This document shows, one piece after another, positions 40,218 through 50,859 of a stretch of DNA of 64,000 bases. The notes below the pieces were generated by a model. That model searched no databases. It was not told the origin of the DNA and worked only from the letters and a program-made list of their open reading frames with translations. The translations under genes were made by a program, and so were the position numbers. Origin of the DNA: Thermoanaerobaculia bacterium (GTDB taxonomy: Bacteria; Acidobacteriota; Thermoanaerobaculia; Multivoradales; Multivoraceae); the NCBI GenBank assembly GCA_963664405.1, contig OY761158.1:2752001-2816000 (forward strand). The letters run 5' to 3'. The stretch's first letter is position 1, and each line of letters opens with the position of its first letter.

Positions 40218-41669
40218 CTTGGGTTCAAGGAGTCGTCGCAGCGTTGCCTTGGTGAGCAGAGTGTACAAGCTCATCGAAGACTTCGGCAGGGGTTCTCCAG
40301 CCGAGGGTCTTGCGGGGTCGGCCGTTGAGTGCGAGCGCGACCGCGGCGAGGTCGTCGCAGGAGTATCTGACAAGGTCGGTGCCCTTCGGGAAGTACTGGC
40401 GTAGTAGTCCGTTGGTGTTCTCGTTGGTGCCCCGCTGCCAGGGGCTGTGCGGGTCGCAGAAGTAGATCGCGAGGCCGGTATCGACGCGGAGTTGAGCGTG
40501 TTGAGCCATCTCGGCGCCCTGGTCCCAGGTCAAGGACCGGCGGAGCTGCTCGGGCAGCGTGGTGATTGACACCGCGATCGCGTCACGGACGGCTTCGGCG
40601 CCGTGCCCGGCGAGGGCCGGCCCGTTCTTCACCCTCGATTCGGTCCCGTGCCCTTCCATGCGGGGCAGGTGCAGCAGCATCGTGAACCGCGTAGTGCGTT
40701 CGACGAGGGTCCCGATCGCTGAGCTCTCGAGCCCGACGATCAGGTCGCCTTCCCAGTGACCCGGCACGGCCCTGTCGCCGGCTTCGGCGGGGCGTTCGCT
40801 GATCATGATCTCCGGAGTTACAAATTTCTTGCCTCTCCCCCGGGTTCGCGCATGCGGCACTCGTAGCGCTCGCCCGGTTCGCAGGCACGCGACGAGCTCG
40901 CGTTTGAGGGCTCCTCGACCTTGGATGTAGAGCGCTTGGTAGATCGCCTCGTGAGAGATCCGCATCGACTCATTATGGGGGAAATCAATCCGAAGCCGGT
41001 TCGAGATCTGCTCCGGACTCCAGGATTTCGCCCAACGCCGATCCTGGCGACGGCCGTGCCGACGGCCGATCCAACGCACATCCGGACCCGGCACCAGCTC
41101 CCCGTCAGGCCTTGCGATCACGCCGGCGAGGCGGTTCTGCACGTACTCACGCAAGGCATCGTTCGCGGCAAGCTTGGAGACCTTCGGACGGCTGGCGCGC
41201 CGCTCCGCGTGCCACTGCGCAGTCGTGGCCCGATAAGTTACGGCACGGCTGCGAGTCGCCGCGTTGCGGCGCAGCTCCCGCGAAATCGTCGACGGTGAAC
41301 GACCCAGGCGGCGAGCGATCTCACGTACCCCAACATGCTGAGCGTGAAGGATGGCGATCTCTTCACGCTCGGCGAACGACAGATAACGCCCCGACACCGG
41401 AGCCAACGAGATAGGTCGCATTCCACCAGCTTGCCTGAACCATCTCGACCCGACAGCCGGCGACACCCCAGCCTCTGTTGCGGCGTCCTCGCTGGACGCC
41501 CCACGAGCGATCGTCTCCCAGAACCGGATCCGGTCCTCGCGCCGCGCTGTCGAGGGCCGGCCAGGTGACCGCATCTGGCCACGCATCGCTCGAATCGCAC
41601 CCTGACACTTGCCAACTCCCATCGAAACACCTCCATCACGAGATGTTGCGACGACCAGTTGAATCCGCC
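40218..41669 (-). mobile_element. IS30-family element, transposase 40225..41622
   Basis: STISREL HTH, GHWEGDL, TWDQG, PWQRGTNENTNGLLRQYFPKG; ends GGCGGATTCAACTGGTCGTCGC / CTTGGGTTCAAGGAGTCGTCGC. Confidence 0.93.
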
Positions 41670-42469
41670 CATGTTGCCATGGTCTTCCATCCGGAAAGAT
41701 CGATTGAGAGCGGCAAGCACGTCGGCCGGCTTGGAGAAATCGACTCCTGGCAGGGCTTGCTTGGACAGGAGGTTCAGCACCGCCACCGAGTGCAAGGCTG
41801 GAGCTGTGCCGTGGCCGGAAACATCCACGAGATAGATAGCGAACTTCTCGTCGGTGATCCAGTGATACCCGAAGGCGTCGCCTCCGAGCTTGTCCGAAGG
41901 AATGAAACGCCATTCGGTCGTCACCCTATCGGTCTTCAGAGGAGCTGGCAGCAGAGAGCGAACGTACCTCGAGGCCTTGTCGAGATCGCCGGCTAAGCGC
42001 TCCTCTTCTTCGACTTCGCTCTTATTTCGATACTCGTGTTTGAAGAGCGAGTTGCCGACCTGGACCATCGAGCCCACGGCGACCACCTGTGGCTCCTCGA
42101 CGGACTCTTCGTCGACGAAAGTTCCGTTGCTCGAGCCGAGGTCCTCTACGACGAGTTGTCCGACGATCACGCTCAGGCGGCAATGCCTCCCGGAGGTTGC
42201 CGGGTCTTGGATCAAGATGTCGGCCCCCTCCTTGCGCCCGACCGTGATTGCCGTGGATGGGAGCTCGATCCTCTTGCCGGACATCGGCCCCTCGACAGCA
42301 AGCAGATAGTGTCTACGGTCGCGCGACGAAACAGTCTGACGCTGAGCGACGATGGTCTTGTCGAATTCCATGGGGCCTTGGCGACGGACGGCTCTAGCAT
42401 TGCCGGTCCGGACCCCGCATCGTATGACGAGTCCTCTCGGGTCGGGGCCTCGAAAGGACGATGTGCCTG

Positions 42470-42664
42470 CTACGCGGCCCCGTCGGTGGCGACTCGGACC
42501 TCGTCCATGAGGGCCTGAAGGTAGTCGCCGTAATCGACGGCCCGGCCGGCCCTACGTTCGGCCCAGGTGCGCGGCCGACGGCCGTGGCGTACGAGGCCTT
42601 CAAGAGTCGTCTGGAGGGAGGTCTTCTCGCGATCGAGGATATTCTGAGCTTGGGATTGGGGCAT
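42470..42664 (-). CDS. Small hypothetical protein
   Basis: AGGAG RBS; no recognisable motif. Confidence 0.3.
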   Translation of the reverse strand: MPQSQAQNILDREKTSLQTTLEGLVRHGRRPRTWAERRAGRAVDYGDYLQALMDEVRVATDGAA

Positions 42665-42782
42665 GGAGTCTCTCCTGGAGCTGGCTGTTGAAGCCTTCTT
42701 GGCTGCTTGCTCCTCTAGGTACGGGAAAAGCCGCCTTCGGTTTCGCCTCCGCAGCCACTTCCGCCGCCGAAGAGCTCTGTTG

Positions 42783-43334
42783 TCATCCTAGGCGAACCGG
42801 GACACTGGCACGAGTGGACTCCCACTCGAAGTGGAGCAGAGTCCCCCGGGCCGTCTCGTCGAAACGGATGGTGAACTGCTCGATGTGCTGGCGTGAAGCT
42901 CCTGCGCCGATCTCTACTCTTAGCAGATCTTCTTTTTCCTTGTAGACATTGCCGAAGTGGCCGGTCTGGCGGTTTACGATGAGGGTCCAGCCGTTGGGCT
43001 TGGGAATCGTGTAGAGAGAGTATTCACCTGCTGGCACTCGGGCGTCGCCCAAGAAGAGCTCTCTGTCAGTGACCAGTGTCGTGGCCTCGTTGGCTCCGGT
43101 GCGCCAGACCTTGCCGTAGGGCACTACACCGCCGAAGATCTCCCGATCCCGTGCGTAGGGTCGACTATAAGAAATGACGACCCTAGCCCCGTTCTGTTGA
43201 AGCTCCGCGTTTCCCTGCGGACTGAGCCTGAAATTCGGCTGCCCGATCTGAATTCCGATGTAGAGGCCGCCGCCAAAGAGGACGGAGCCGCCTGCCACCA
43301 GACCGATGATCTGTAAGAGCTTTCGTCTTTCCAT
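42783..43334 (-). CDS. DUF2911 family protein
   Basis: YSRP..R.IFGGVVPYGKVWRTGANEAT, YSLYTIP. Confidence 0.88.
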   Translation of the reverse strand: MERRKLLQIIGLVAGGSVLFGGGLYIGIQIGQPNFRLSPQGNAELQQNGARVVISYSRPYARDREIFGGVVPYGKVWRTGANEATTLVTDRELFLGDARVPAGEYSLYTIPKPNGWTLIVNRQTGHFGNVYKEKEDLLRVEIGAGASRQHIEQFTIRFDETARGTLLHFEWESTRASVPVRLG

Positions 43335-43395
43335 CGACTGATCATACGCTCGAAAGAGAGCTCGGGCTCTCGCACGGCTCCTCAGAACTGCTGAC

Positions 43396-43584
43396 TCATT
43401 CAGATTCTCGAGTGCCCTCGACGTGCACGAGTCCCTCGAAGTCGAAGCGAACGATGAGTACTACCGGGCGACAGCAGACCTGGCAGTCCTCGACGTACTT
43501 CTGGGCTCGTCCGGCGGAGAGGTCGACGGCGACTTCGAGCTCCTCACCGCACCAGGGGCAATCAAAAATGCCTCGGTTGTCCAT
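43396..43584 (-). CDS. CPXCG-motif cysteine-rich protein
   Basis: CPWCGE...YVEDCQVCCRP. Confidence 0.88.
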   Translation of the reverse strand: MDNRGIFDCPWCGEELEVAVDLSAGRAQKYVEDCQVCCRPVVLIVRFDFEGLVHVEGTRESE

Positions 43585-43595
43585 TCCTTCCTCTT

Positions 43596-45808
43596 TCACC
43601 GTGCCGGCTGGAGCTCAGCAAGGGCCTCATACTCTTTTGCCTTCGATTCTTTGTCCCAGGCGCGATAGAGAGCGATGATTCGCGCCAGCGAGTCTCGCGC
43701 GGCTGCCGAGCTTGCGCCGCGCTCTTCCTTGATCTTCGGGTACGCCTCGACCAGGAGAGGTTCCGCTTCGTCGAAGTCTCCGGTTGCCGTCAGACTCTGG
43801 CCGAGAACGCTCATAGCCACTGCGACTCTCCAGTGATCCGCGGTAGCCCCGCGGCGAGGATTCGGCTCGCCTCCCTTGCATGAGACTGTGCCTCGCAGCC
43901 TCGTCCAGCGCGAGCAGGCTACGCGCGAGGTTGTAGAGGACGAGGCCGACGACCACATGGTCCGGGCCCACGGTGCGCTGGTTCATCGCCAGGGTCTCTC
44001 GGAAGAGGACTTCGGCCTCACCGTGCTTGCCGCTGCTAGCGAGGACCGAGGCCAGATTGTGAAGGCTCCTGGCCAGGGACGGGTGCTCTCCGCTGAAAAC
44101 CTCGCGATATAGAGGAATGAGCTCCCGGAACACCGCTTCGGCTCCCTCCAGGTCGCCCCCCGCGAGGAGAACGCTGCCCAGACTGTTGAGGCTGTTTGCG
44201 GTCTCGGGGTGCTGGTCACCGAGCTTGTGACGCCGGGTCTCGAGGGCGCTGCGTAGCAGCGGCTCCGCGGCCGCGGAGTCTCCTCGTGACTGCAGAGTCA
44301 ACGCCAAGGAGCTTTGAGATGCCGCGACCAGGAGATTGTCCGCGCCGAGCAGATCGAGGCGCATGCGTAGAACCTCGCGATATAGGCCTTCGGCGGTTTC
44401 GTTGTCACCCTTGTTGCTAGCCGCGGTCGCGAGGCCGGCGATCGCTTCGGCGACATCCAGGTGCTCGTTCCCCAAGAGCTTTCGGCGCATCTCCAGCGCT
44501 TCACGGAAGAGCGACTCGGCGATGTCGAACTCGCCACGGTCGGTGTGCACCCAGGCGAGCTCGTAAAGGATGTCGGCTACCTTCGGGTGCTCCGCCCCCG
44601 CGAGCTCGCGCTGCATTCGTAGAGCGTTGCGGTCAAGTTCTTCCGCCTCGTCGAGATCATTGGTCAACCGCAGCAGTCGCCCGAGATGGGAGAGGCTCGC
44701 CGCTGTGTCCTGGTGGTCTGCGCTTAGGGTGTCAGTGCGTAACTCGAGACCTTGGCGTAAGAGAGGCTCTGCCTCCTCGTAACGGCCTAGCTTCAGATAG
44801 GTCAGGCCTATGGTGTCTTCGACGGCCGCGCGAATCTCTGGTTGATCGGGAAACGAGCCTTCGATCTTTCCGACGGCTTCTTCCAGGGCCTCGAGCACCG
44901 TGACTTCCCGTCCCAGGCTTTGATAGGGGTCCGGTGAGCCGAGGACTTCTTGAAGAAAGTCGTTGATGGCCGTTGCCTTCGCGGCCTCGGCCTCGGCAAC
45001 TCTCTCGGCGCTGCGGGCGCGGAGGAGGCCGACTGTCGTGCCACCGATCGCGACAAGGGTGGCGATTGCGACCAGGCCGGCGCCGGCTACCGCCACCCGG
45101 TGTCTCTTGATGAACTTCTGTATGCGGTAGGTGGTGCTCGGCGGCCCCGCAAGAACTGGCTCATCGCGAAGGTGTCGGACGACATCCGCCGCCAGCTCGT
45201 CGGGAGAGCCGTAGCGTCGACGTCGATCCTTCTCGAGCGCCTTCATCGTGATCCAGTCGAGGTCACCTCGAAGCTGACGTCGCAGCGTCGAGGGCTCGGT
45301 TCGGCGTTTGCGGGCCGACTCCGCTGAGGAGTCGCCATCAGACGCTCTGTGTCGCAGAAATCGTTGATGGGGATGCCGGGGACATACTCCATAACAAAAT
45401 AGGGCCGGCCTTCGGGCGTTGCTCCGCCATCGAAGACTCTGGCGATCGCGGGGTGGTCCATCAGGGCCAGAGCTTGGCGCTCCGCCTCGAAGCGCGCCAC
45501 GACCTCCCGGGTATCCATGCCCCACTTCACGAACTTGATCGCACCTGGCGTCGGACCGGCTCGCGCTGCTCGGCTCGATATACGGTGCCCATGCCGCCCT
45601 CGCCAATGGCCTCGAGCAGCCGATAACGACCCATATCCCGCGGCGGCCCGTCGGTGGGGTCTGTCGCTTGATCTGGCTCTGCGAACTGGGTCGCCTCGGT
45701 GGCCGGACTCTCGCCGAGTCGGAGCGAGCAGACCGGACAGACCTTCAACCCTGAGGCAAAGAGGTGCAGCTCAGCGTCGCACTCGGAACAGCGCTCCTCT
45801 TCGGACAT
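43596..45808 (-). pseudogene. Ser/Thr kinase + TPR repeats, frameshifted with internal deletions
   Basis: GEGGMGTVY, frameshift near 45540, HRD/DFG region absent near 45340, TPR array, break near 43880. Confidence 0.85.
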
Positions 45809-45825
45809 CGGGATCTTCTCCGACT

Positions 45826-46113
45826 CTACCAGGGGAGAAGGTCGGCAAGCGCCCAGAGCAGAAGCAGGCCGGCTAGTAGGTAGGTCGCTGCGTCTGCGGC
45901 AACCAGAGAGTTGGGTACGAGTCGAATGTCACCGGCCCGCGAGATCCGCGCGATCCAGCCCGCAAGGCTTGCTTTTGTGCCTAGGACTCCAAGGGCGAAC
46001 CAGAAGAGCACAGGTGGGTCCGGCCTCCACAGAAGGAGAAAAGCACCGAACGCCACCAGAATGCCGGTCATGGGCGAAAGCATACCGCTGTCCGGCCTCG
46101 GCTCCCCCTCCAT
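45826..46113 (-). CDS. Small membrane protein
   Basis: Three hydrophobic segments. Confidence 0.45.
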   Translation of the reverse strand: MEGEPRPDSGMLSPMTGILVAFGAFLLLWRPDPPVLFWFALGVLGTKASLAGWIARISRAGDIRLVPNSLVAADAATYLLAGLLLLWALADLLPW

Positions 46114-46135
46114 CCGGGCTAGAATGGGATGCCCT

Positions 46136-47977
46136 ATGCGGTCTCGCTCGCCATTGCTAGTTGTGTGTAAGGCTCGCCTTCATGCGCCTCTGTTGGCGTT
46201 GAGCGTCGGCTGCAGCGGCGTCGCCTCGGCGCCTGCTTCCACCGAGATCGCGGCTGAGTCTCGAGTCGCCCCGGAGCCGAGAAGCCTGGCGGAGCCGATT
46301 CCCGAGCCGGTCTTCCGCGGTGCCGAGCAGGACCCGGTATTCGACAGCGCCCCAGAGCCTGCGGAGCTGCCCGATTCTGTCGAGCCCGAGGTGGCCAACG
46401 AAGTCGGAGAGCCGCCTCTGAAGATCCGCGAGGAAGACGAAATCGACAGCGCGACTTTGCTGACAGACTCCCTCGAGGCTGTTGAATCGGCGCAGGTGTT
46501 CTGGGAACAGGGCAGCTTTGATGATGCCTTTGCGGCCTTGGATCATGCTTGGCAGCTGATGGCCGCGGTCCCGGTCAACGGCGAGGCACGGGTTGCGCAG
46601 GAGAAGGAGGATCTACGCCACCTCATCTCGCGTCGGGTGGTGGAGATTTATGCCTCTCGTCGTACGACGGTCGGTGACATCGATCGGTCGATCCCGGTCG
46701 AGGTGAACTCCTATGTCGAGCGGGAGATCAAGAGCTTCCTTGGCGCGGAGCGTGAGTTCTTCTTGGAGTCCTTCCGCCGCTCGGGTCTCTATCGGGGCCG
46801 CATGCTCGAGGAGCTCGAGAAGGCGGGACTACCCGAGCAGCTCAGCTGGCTTCCGTTGGTCGAGAGTGGCTTCAAGGTTCGCGCCTATTCGAGCGCCCGT
46901 GCCCTTGGCCTCTGGCAGTTCATCCCTTCTACCGGTTATCGCTTCGGGTTGGAGCGAAGCTCCTGGGTCGATGAGCGCATGGATCCCGAGAAGGCGACTC
47001 TCGCTGCCATTGGCTATCTCACCGAGCTCCACAGCCTCTTCGGAGACTGGCTTACCGCGCTCGCCGGCTACAACTGCGGAGAGCACAATGTGCTGCGGCA
47101 GATCAACCGCCAGCGGGTGAGCTACTTCGATCAATTCTGGGATGTTTACGAGCGACTGCCGCGCGAGACGCGACGTTATGTACCGCGCTTCCTTGCCGTT
47201 GTCGCTATCGTGTCGGATCCGGATCAATACGGTATCGAGCTGCCTCCAGTATTGCCGCCGCTGGCCTTTGAAACCGTCAACGTAGATCGGGCCATTGAGC
47301 TTTCCTCGCTCGATCAGGCTCTGGCGCTCGAAAAGGGGACCCTCGAGCGGCTCAACCCCGAACTTCGCCACAAAGTGACTCCGGGGGCCGCTTACGAATT
47401 CAAGATTCCGCCGGGTTCCCGAGAGGCGCTCGAGAAGGCGGTGGCGGAGCTGCCAAGTTACGCTGGCGGAGCTGGGATCCACCGGGTTCGGCGCGGAGAG
47501 ACTCTGTCTCAGGTCGCGGCCGCGTACCGCACGAGTGTCCACACTCTTGTCGCGATGAACAGTCTCCGCAGTCCGGATCGTATCTGGCCGGGCCAACAGC
47601 TGAGTGTCCCTGGGGCGGGTTCGGCATCGGTATCCTCGTCGGTCAGTAGCAGTCAGACGGGTCCGGCCCGTGAGGTCAGTTACCGAGTACGTCCCGGCGA
47701 CAACCTTTGGGTCCTGGCCAAGCGTCATGGAACCAATGTAGAACGGATCAAGTCGGACAACGGCCTCCAGAGTAATCACTTGAGTGTCGGCCAGAGGCTG
47801 GTGATCCGTAGCGGAGCCCCCAAAGCCAGCGGCGACGGCAACTACACAGTGAGGAGAGGCGACACTCTCGCCAAGATTGCCCAGGCTCACAGCGTCTCCC
47901 TCAATCGTCTGCTGAGCTCGAACGGGCTCTCGCGCAGGACCACGATTTTTCCTGGGCAGCGGCTGGAGATTCCCTGA
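46136..47977 (+). CDS. MltD-like lytic transglycosylase with three LysM domains
   Basis: LPLVESGF, GLWQF, AGYNCG, ETRRYVP; LysM repeats. Confidence 0.92.
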   Translation: MRSRSPLLVVCKARLHAPLLALSVGCSGVASAPASTEIAAESRVAPEPRSLAEPIPEPVFRGAEQDPVFDSAPEPAELPDSVEPEVANEVGEPPLKIREEDEIDSATLLTDSLEAVESAQVFWEQGSFDDAFAALDHAWQLMAAVPVNGEARVAQEKEDLRHLISRRVVEIYASRRTTVGDIDRSIPVEVNSYVEREIKSFLGAEREFFLESFRRSGLYRGRMLEELEKAGLPEQLSWLPLVESGFKVRAYSSARALGLWQFIPSTGYRFGLERSSWVDERMDPEKATLAAIGYLTELHSLFGDWLTALAGYNCGEHNVLRQINRQRVSYFDQFWDVYERLPRETRRYVPRFLAVVAIVSDPDQYGIELPPVLPPLAFETVNVDRAIELSSLDQALALEKGTLERLNPELRHKVTPGAAYEFKIPPGSREALEKAVAELPSYAGGAGIHRVRRGETLSQVAAAYRTSVHTLVAMNSLRSPDRIWPGQQLSVPGAGSASVSSSVSSSQTGPAREVSYRVRPGDNLWVLAKRHGTNVERIKSDNGLQSNHLSVGQRLVIRSGAPKASGDGNYTVRRGDTLAKIAQAHSVSLNRLLSSNGLSRRTTIFPGQRLEIP

Positions 47978-48038
47978 CCTACCCCCTAGGGTGAAGACAG
48001 CGACGAGCGGCGTTGCGAAGATGAGCCTCCCACCGAGA

Positions 48039-48204
48039 CTAGACCAGCGTTTCCACAGTTCGCGCACATATCTCGGCCCCTTCTGTCCGCTGGCGGCGTT
48101 TCGCCTCCTCGACATATTGCCCAATATGCCTGCGTCGGCGCGCCTGGCCAGCGAACAGAATGAGCTCGAGCTATTGCACACGAACTTTGGAAACGCTGGT
48201 CTAG
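48039..48204 (-). mobile_element. Palindromic element, subfamily A (166 bp, CTAG-flanked)
   Basis: Near-identical reverse complement of 56100..56265. Confidence 0.9.
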
Positions 48205-48324
48205 CGGTGGCGGAAGGAGTCTGCAATGGTGCCGGAGCTTGTCATCTTCGCTGTTTTGTTCTCGGTCTTGGTGGTTCCCTCGGACCCAAAAAACATTCTT
48301 GCGGGCGGTGTTCAAGGCTGGGCA

Positions 48325-48492
48325 CTAGTGGACGGTAACACTCGAACGTTTAGTGGCTGAGTGAGTCATTCGTGGTCGAGATCAAGGCGCGCTGACGCAG
48401 GCATATCGGGGACTATGTCGAGGAAGCGTAACGCAGAGATCGGCCGCGAGGGCCGCTCAGGCGCTAATCGTTTGGGTGTTACGGCCCACTAG
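48325..48492 (+). mobile_element. Palindromic element, subfamily C (168 bp, CTAG-flanked)
   Basis: Arms CTAGTGGACGGTAACAC / GTGTTACGGCCCACTAG; core AGGCGCGCTGACGCAGGCATA..TATGTCGAGGAAGCGTAACGC. Confidence 0.8.
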
Positions 48493-48505
48493 ACCCTAGG
48501 GCTCG

Positions 48506-50836
48506 CTAGCGCGTGAGCCTGACTTCGTGACGCCCGGGCCCGAGGGCAACGGCGACGAAGGAAGCGTTGACTCTCAGTACGGGCGCCGGATTCCCGTCGA
48601 CGACCGCCCGCCAGTTGTGGTGAAAAAACTCATTGGTTGCCAGAACCGTAGGGGCGCTCGTCTCGGCCTGAAAGAGCAACTCGCCCGGTTTTGCGTCAAC
48701 GAGATCGATCGATGCGCGCAGATCCCCTCGCTGGGAGTCCGGCGGCTCCGGTAGCGCTCCTCCTTGCGTAGACGTCAGAATGCCGTGGCGCCGTAGCTCG
48801 GCACTGCCGGCCAGGTTGAGCTCGGCACTGCCGGCCAGGTTGACCAGCCGCTGGGCCGCTTCTTCGAAGGATTGAACGATCTCCCACGAGGAGAGCGCCC
48901 AGCCTTTGGGAAAGGCATCCGCGGCCTCGAAGAAGTGAAGATTCTCTGGATCGTTCTCGTCGGTCAGAGGGATGCCGCCGGGCATCAGGTGGCCAGGAAG
49001 GATCCACCAACGGATTCCCATCATCTGCGCGATGCCGAGCTCGAGCATGCGGGGGTAGTCGAGAATCATCCAGTAGGGGAGGTTCACCTCGCGCACGAGA
49101 TCGGTGGCCTCGAAGAAGTCGAGGACTTCTCGCGGCATCCAGTGCAAGCTGTAAGAGAGCGCGCAGGGAGTGTCGAGGTAGTAGCACCACTTCTCTCCCA
49201 GAAGTCGGTACTCGCGCTGATGGCGGACTTCTTCGGGGACCCGCTTGAGGATGCTCTCGTCACGGGCGAGAGTGATGCGCGCGTCCTTGACACCCTGGCT
49301 GCACTGGAGGGCACCGGTTTGGTAGCTCTGGTCCGCAAAGCGCCAACTGAAAAGGAGTCCAGCGACAATCAGGGCGGCTGAGCCGAGGTAGGGCCGAGCG
49401 CCGGGCTGCCCGGCGAGAGTGGCCACCGCAAGCACGGCTGCGATGACGAGGATGGCGACCGCTACGTCGATCGTGAGCGTAGCTCGTGAAAGCGCGTGAG
49501 CGAGGAAGAGGAGAAGAGCGTAGACACCTACTGCGACGGCTACCTCAGCACGCCGGCGCCCAGGGGTCGAAGGTCGCAGCGTCCACTCAGCAAGATAACC
49601 TACGCCCAGAAGCAGCCCTCCGATCTCGGCAAGAACGAGCCAAGTTCTTTGTGTCGTGTGAAAGAAGATGGCCGCCGAGGGCGTGACAGCCAGAGGAAGA
49701 AAACTCCACTCCAGACGATCGCCGCGAATCGCGAAGAGATCGAATGGGAGCTCGGGGAGGAAGCTCAGAGCAAGCGAGACGAGAAAGAGTGGACCACCGA
49801 TTCGGCGTAGAGGGCGAAGCTCGTCGGGTGCCGCCCAGACTTCGCCTTCTATGACCTGTCGCCTGCCCCTGCGACCGTTGATCATGACCGCCACCAGGAG
49901 GCTTATGCCTGCGATCGACCATGGAGCCAAGCCTCGGCCAGGTTTGAGGAGATCGGCGAAGGTAAACCAATCGTGGCCACGATAAAGATAGTCGAGAAGG
50001 CGCTCGGGATCTGAGGCCATCTGGCCGAGGAAGGCGGACTCTTCCATGGCGCCGCGACTGCGCAGGTACATCGGCAGCAGCGCGATACTGACGAGGCTGA
50101 GGGAGAGTAGAGGAGGGCCTGCTCTGCGTATCGCCAAGAGTCCCTCGCCGTGCAGGCGCTCGAGAAGGGTGCGCCTCTCGAGCCAGGCGTGGATCGCCAA
50201 CCAGAGACATACCAGTGCGCCTACCCAATAAAGAGCAAACGCCTGCCCCATGCAAATGACGGTCGCCGCGGCGAGAAGGGCCCAGTATGCGTAGCCCCCC
50301 TTGGTGGTTGCCAGGAAGAGGCCGAGAAGGACCAGCGGAAGCATCAGCCGTCCGCGAAGCAGATCGACGTGCCTCCACTCGATAAAGATCGTGTAGAGCC
50401 AGGGGTAGGTGCATGCGACGGCAGCAGCAAGCGCCGTCGGGACCTTGGCACGGGAGAGGAAGAAGAAAAGCGCGGTCATCGAGGCGAGGACATACAGACT
50501 GGTGATTCCCCACTCGAAGCCCATCAACGAGCTCGGCTCTTGGGGGGCGATACGAGCAGCGAGAGCGGGCAGCAGGGGGAAGACGACCGCCGGTCCCCCT
50601 AACGCGAAGGTGGCGGATCCGAAGTGCGTGCTTGGAGTGGGTCTGCCGGCGAATGCCTCGAGTGGATGCTGGTAGGTGTAGGCCTTGGTCGGCAGGAAGT
50701 AATGGCCGATGTCTTCGCAGTAGAGAAAACGGGGATCGGTTAGGCGGAAGTGCAGCAGCCAGGTAACGGCGATGAAGAGACCGAGTATCGCGAGCGTAGC
50801 TCGCCAACCCCAGATCATGGACCGTGCCGACCGCAT
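48506..50836 (-). CDS. YfhO-like polytopic membrane protein (GT-C type)
   Basis: Many TM segments; C-terminal WRAVVDGNPAPVLRVN..VALGPGRHEV. Confidence 0.7.
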   Translation of the reverse strand: MRSARSMIWGWRATLAILGLFIAVTWLLHFRLTDPRFLYCEDIGHYFLPTKAYTYQHPLEAFAGRPTPSTHFGSATFALGGPAVVFPLLPALAARIAPQEPSSLMGFEWGITSLYVLASMTALFFFLSRAKVPTALAAAVACTYPWLYTIFIEWRHVDLLRGRLMLPLVLLGLFLATTKGGYAYWALLAAATVICMGQAFALYWVGALVCLWLAIHAWLERRTLLERLHGEGLLAIRRAGPPLLSLSLVSIALLPMYLRSRGAMEESAFLGQMASDPERLLDYLYRGHDWFTFADLLKPGRGLAPWSIAGISLLVAVMINGRRGRRQVIEGEVWAAPDELRPLRRIGGPLFLVSLALSFLPELPFDLFAIRGDRLEWSFLPLAVTPSAAIFFHTTQRTWLVLAEIGGLLLGVGYLAEWTLRPSTPGRRRAEVAVAVGVYALLLFLAHALSRATLTIDVAVAILVIAAVLAVATLAGQPGARPYLGSAALIVAGLLFSWRFADQSYQTGALQCSQGVKDARITLARDESILKRVPEEVRHQREYRLLGEKWCYYLDTPCALSYSLHWMPREVLDFFEATDLVREVNLPYWMILDYPRMLELGIAQMMGIRWWILPGHLMPGGIPLTDENDPENLHFFEAADAFPKGWALSSWEIVQSFEEAAQRLVNLAGSAELNLAGSAELRRHGILTSTQGGALPEPPDSQRGDLRASIDLVDAKPGELLFQAETSAPTVLATNEFFHHNWRAVVDGNPAPVLRVNASFVAVALGPGRHEVRLTR

Positions 50837-50859
50837 CCGCCACTCACCAGCGACTTATC

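Larger units (their letters stand above)
39327..42371 (-). pseudogene. FHA + PP2C/SpoIIE phosphatase interrupted by an IS composite (39726-41669)
   Basis: FHA (SGRH, DLGSSNGT), GGD, DVSGHG...DHGNM | MYFTLWYG, SAGHP, YSDG, DDFS; ATG duplicated at the junctions. Confidence 0.9.

Noticed and set aside
46829-48226. Long antisense ORFs (also 17446..18531, 22608..23639, 28723..29832)
   Set aside because: Shadow ORFs of high-GC genes on the opposite strand, without motifs.
47986-48338. Overlapping ORFs on both strands as real genes
   Set aside because: Their length is explained by the stop-free palindromic element; the flanks have no recognisable coding features.
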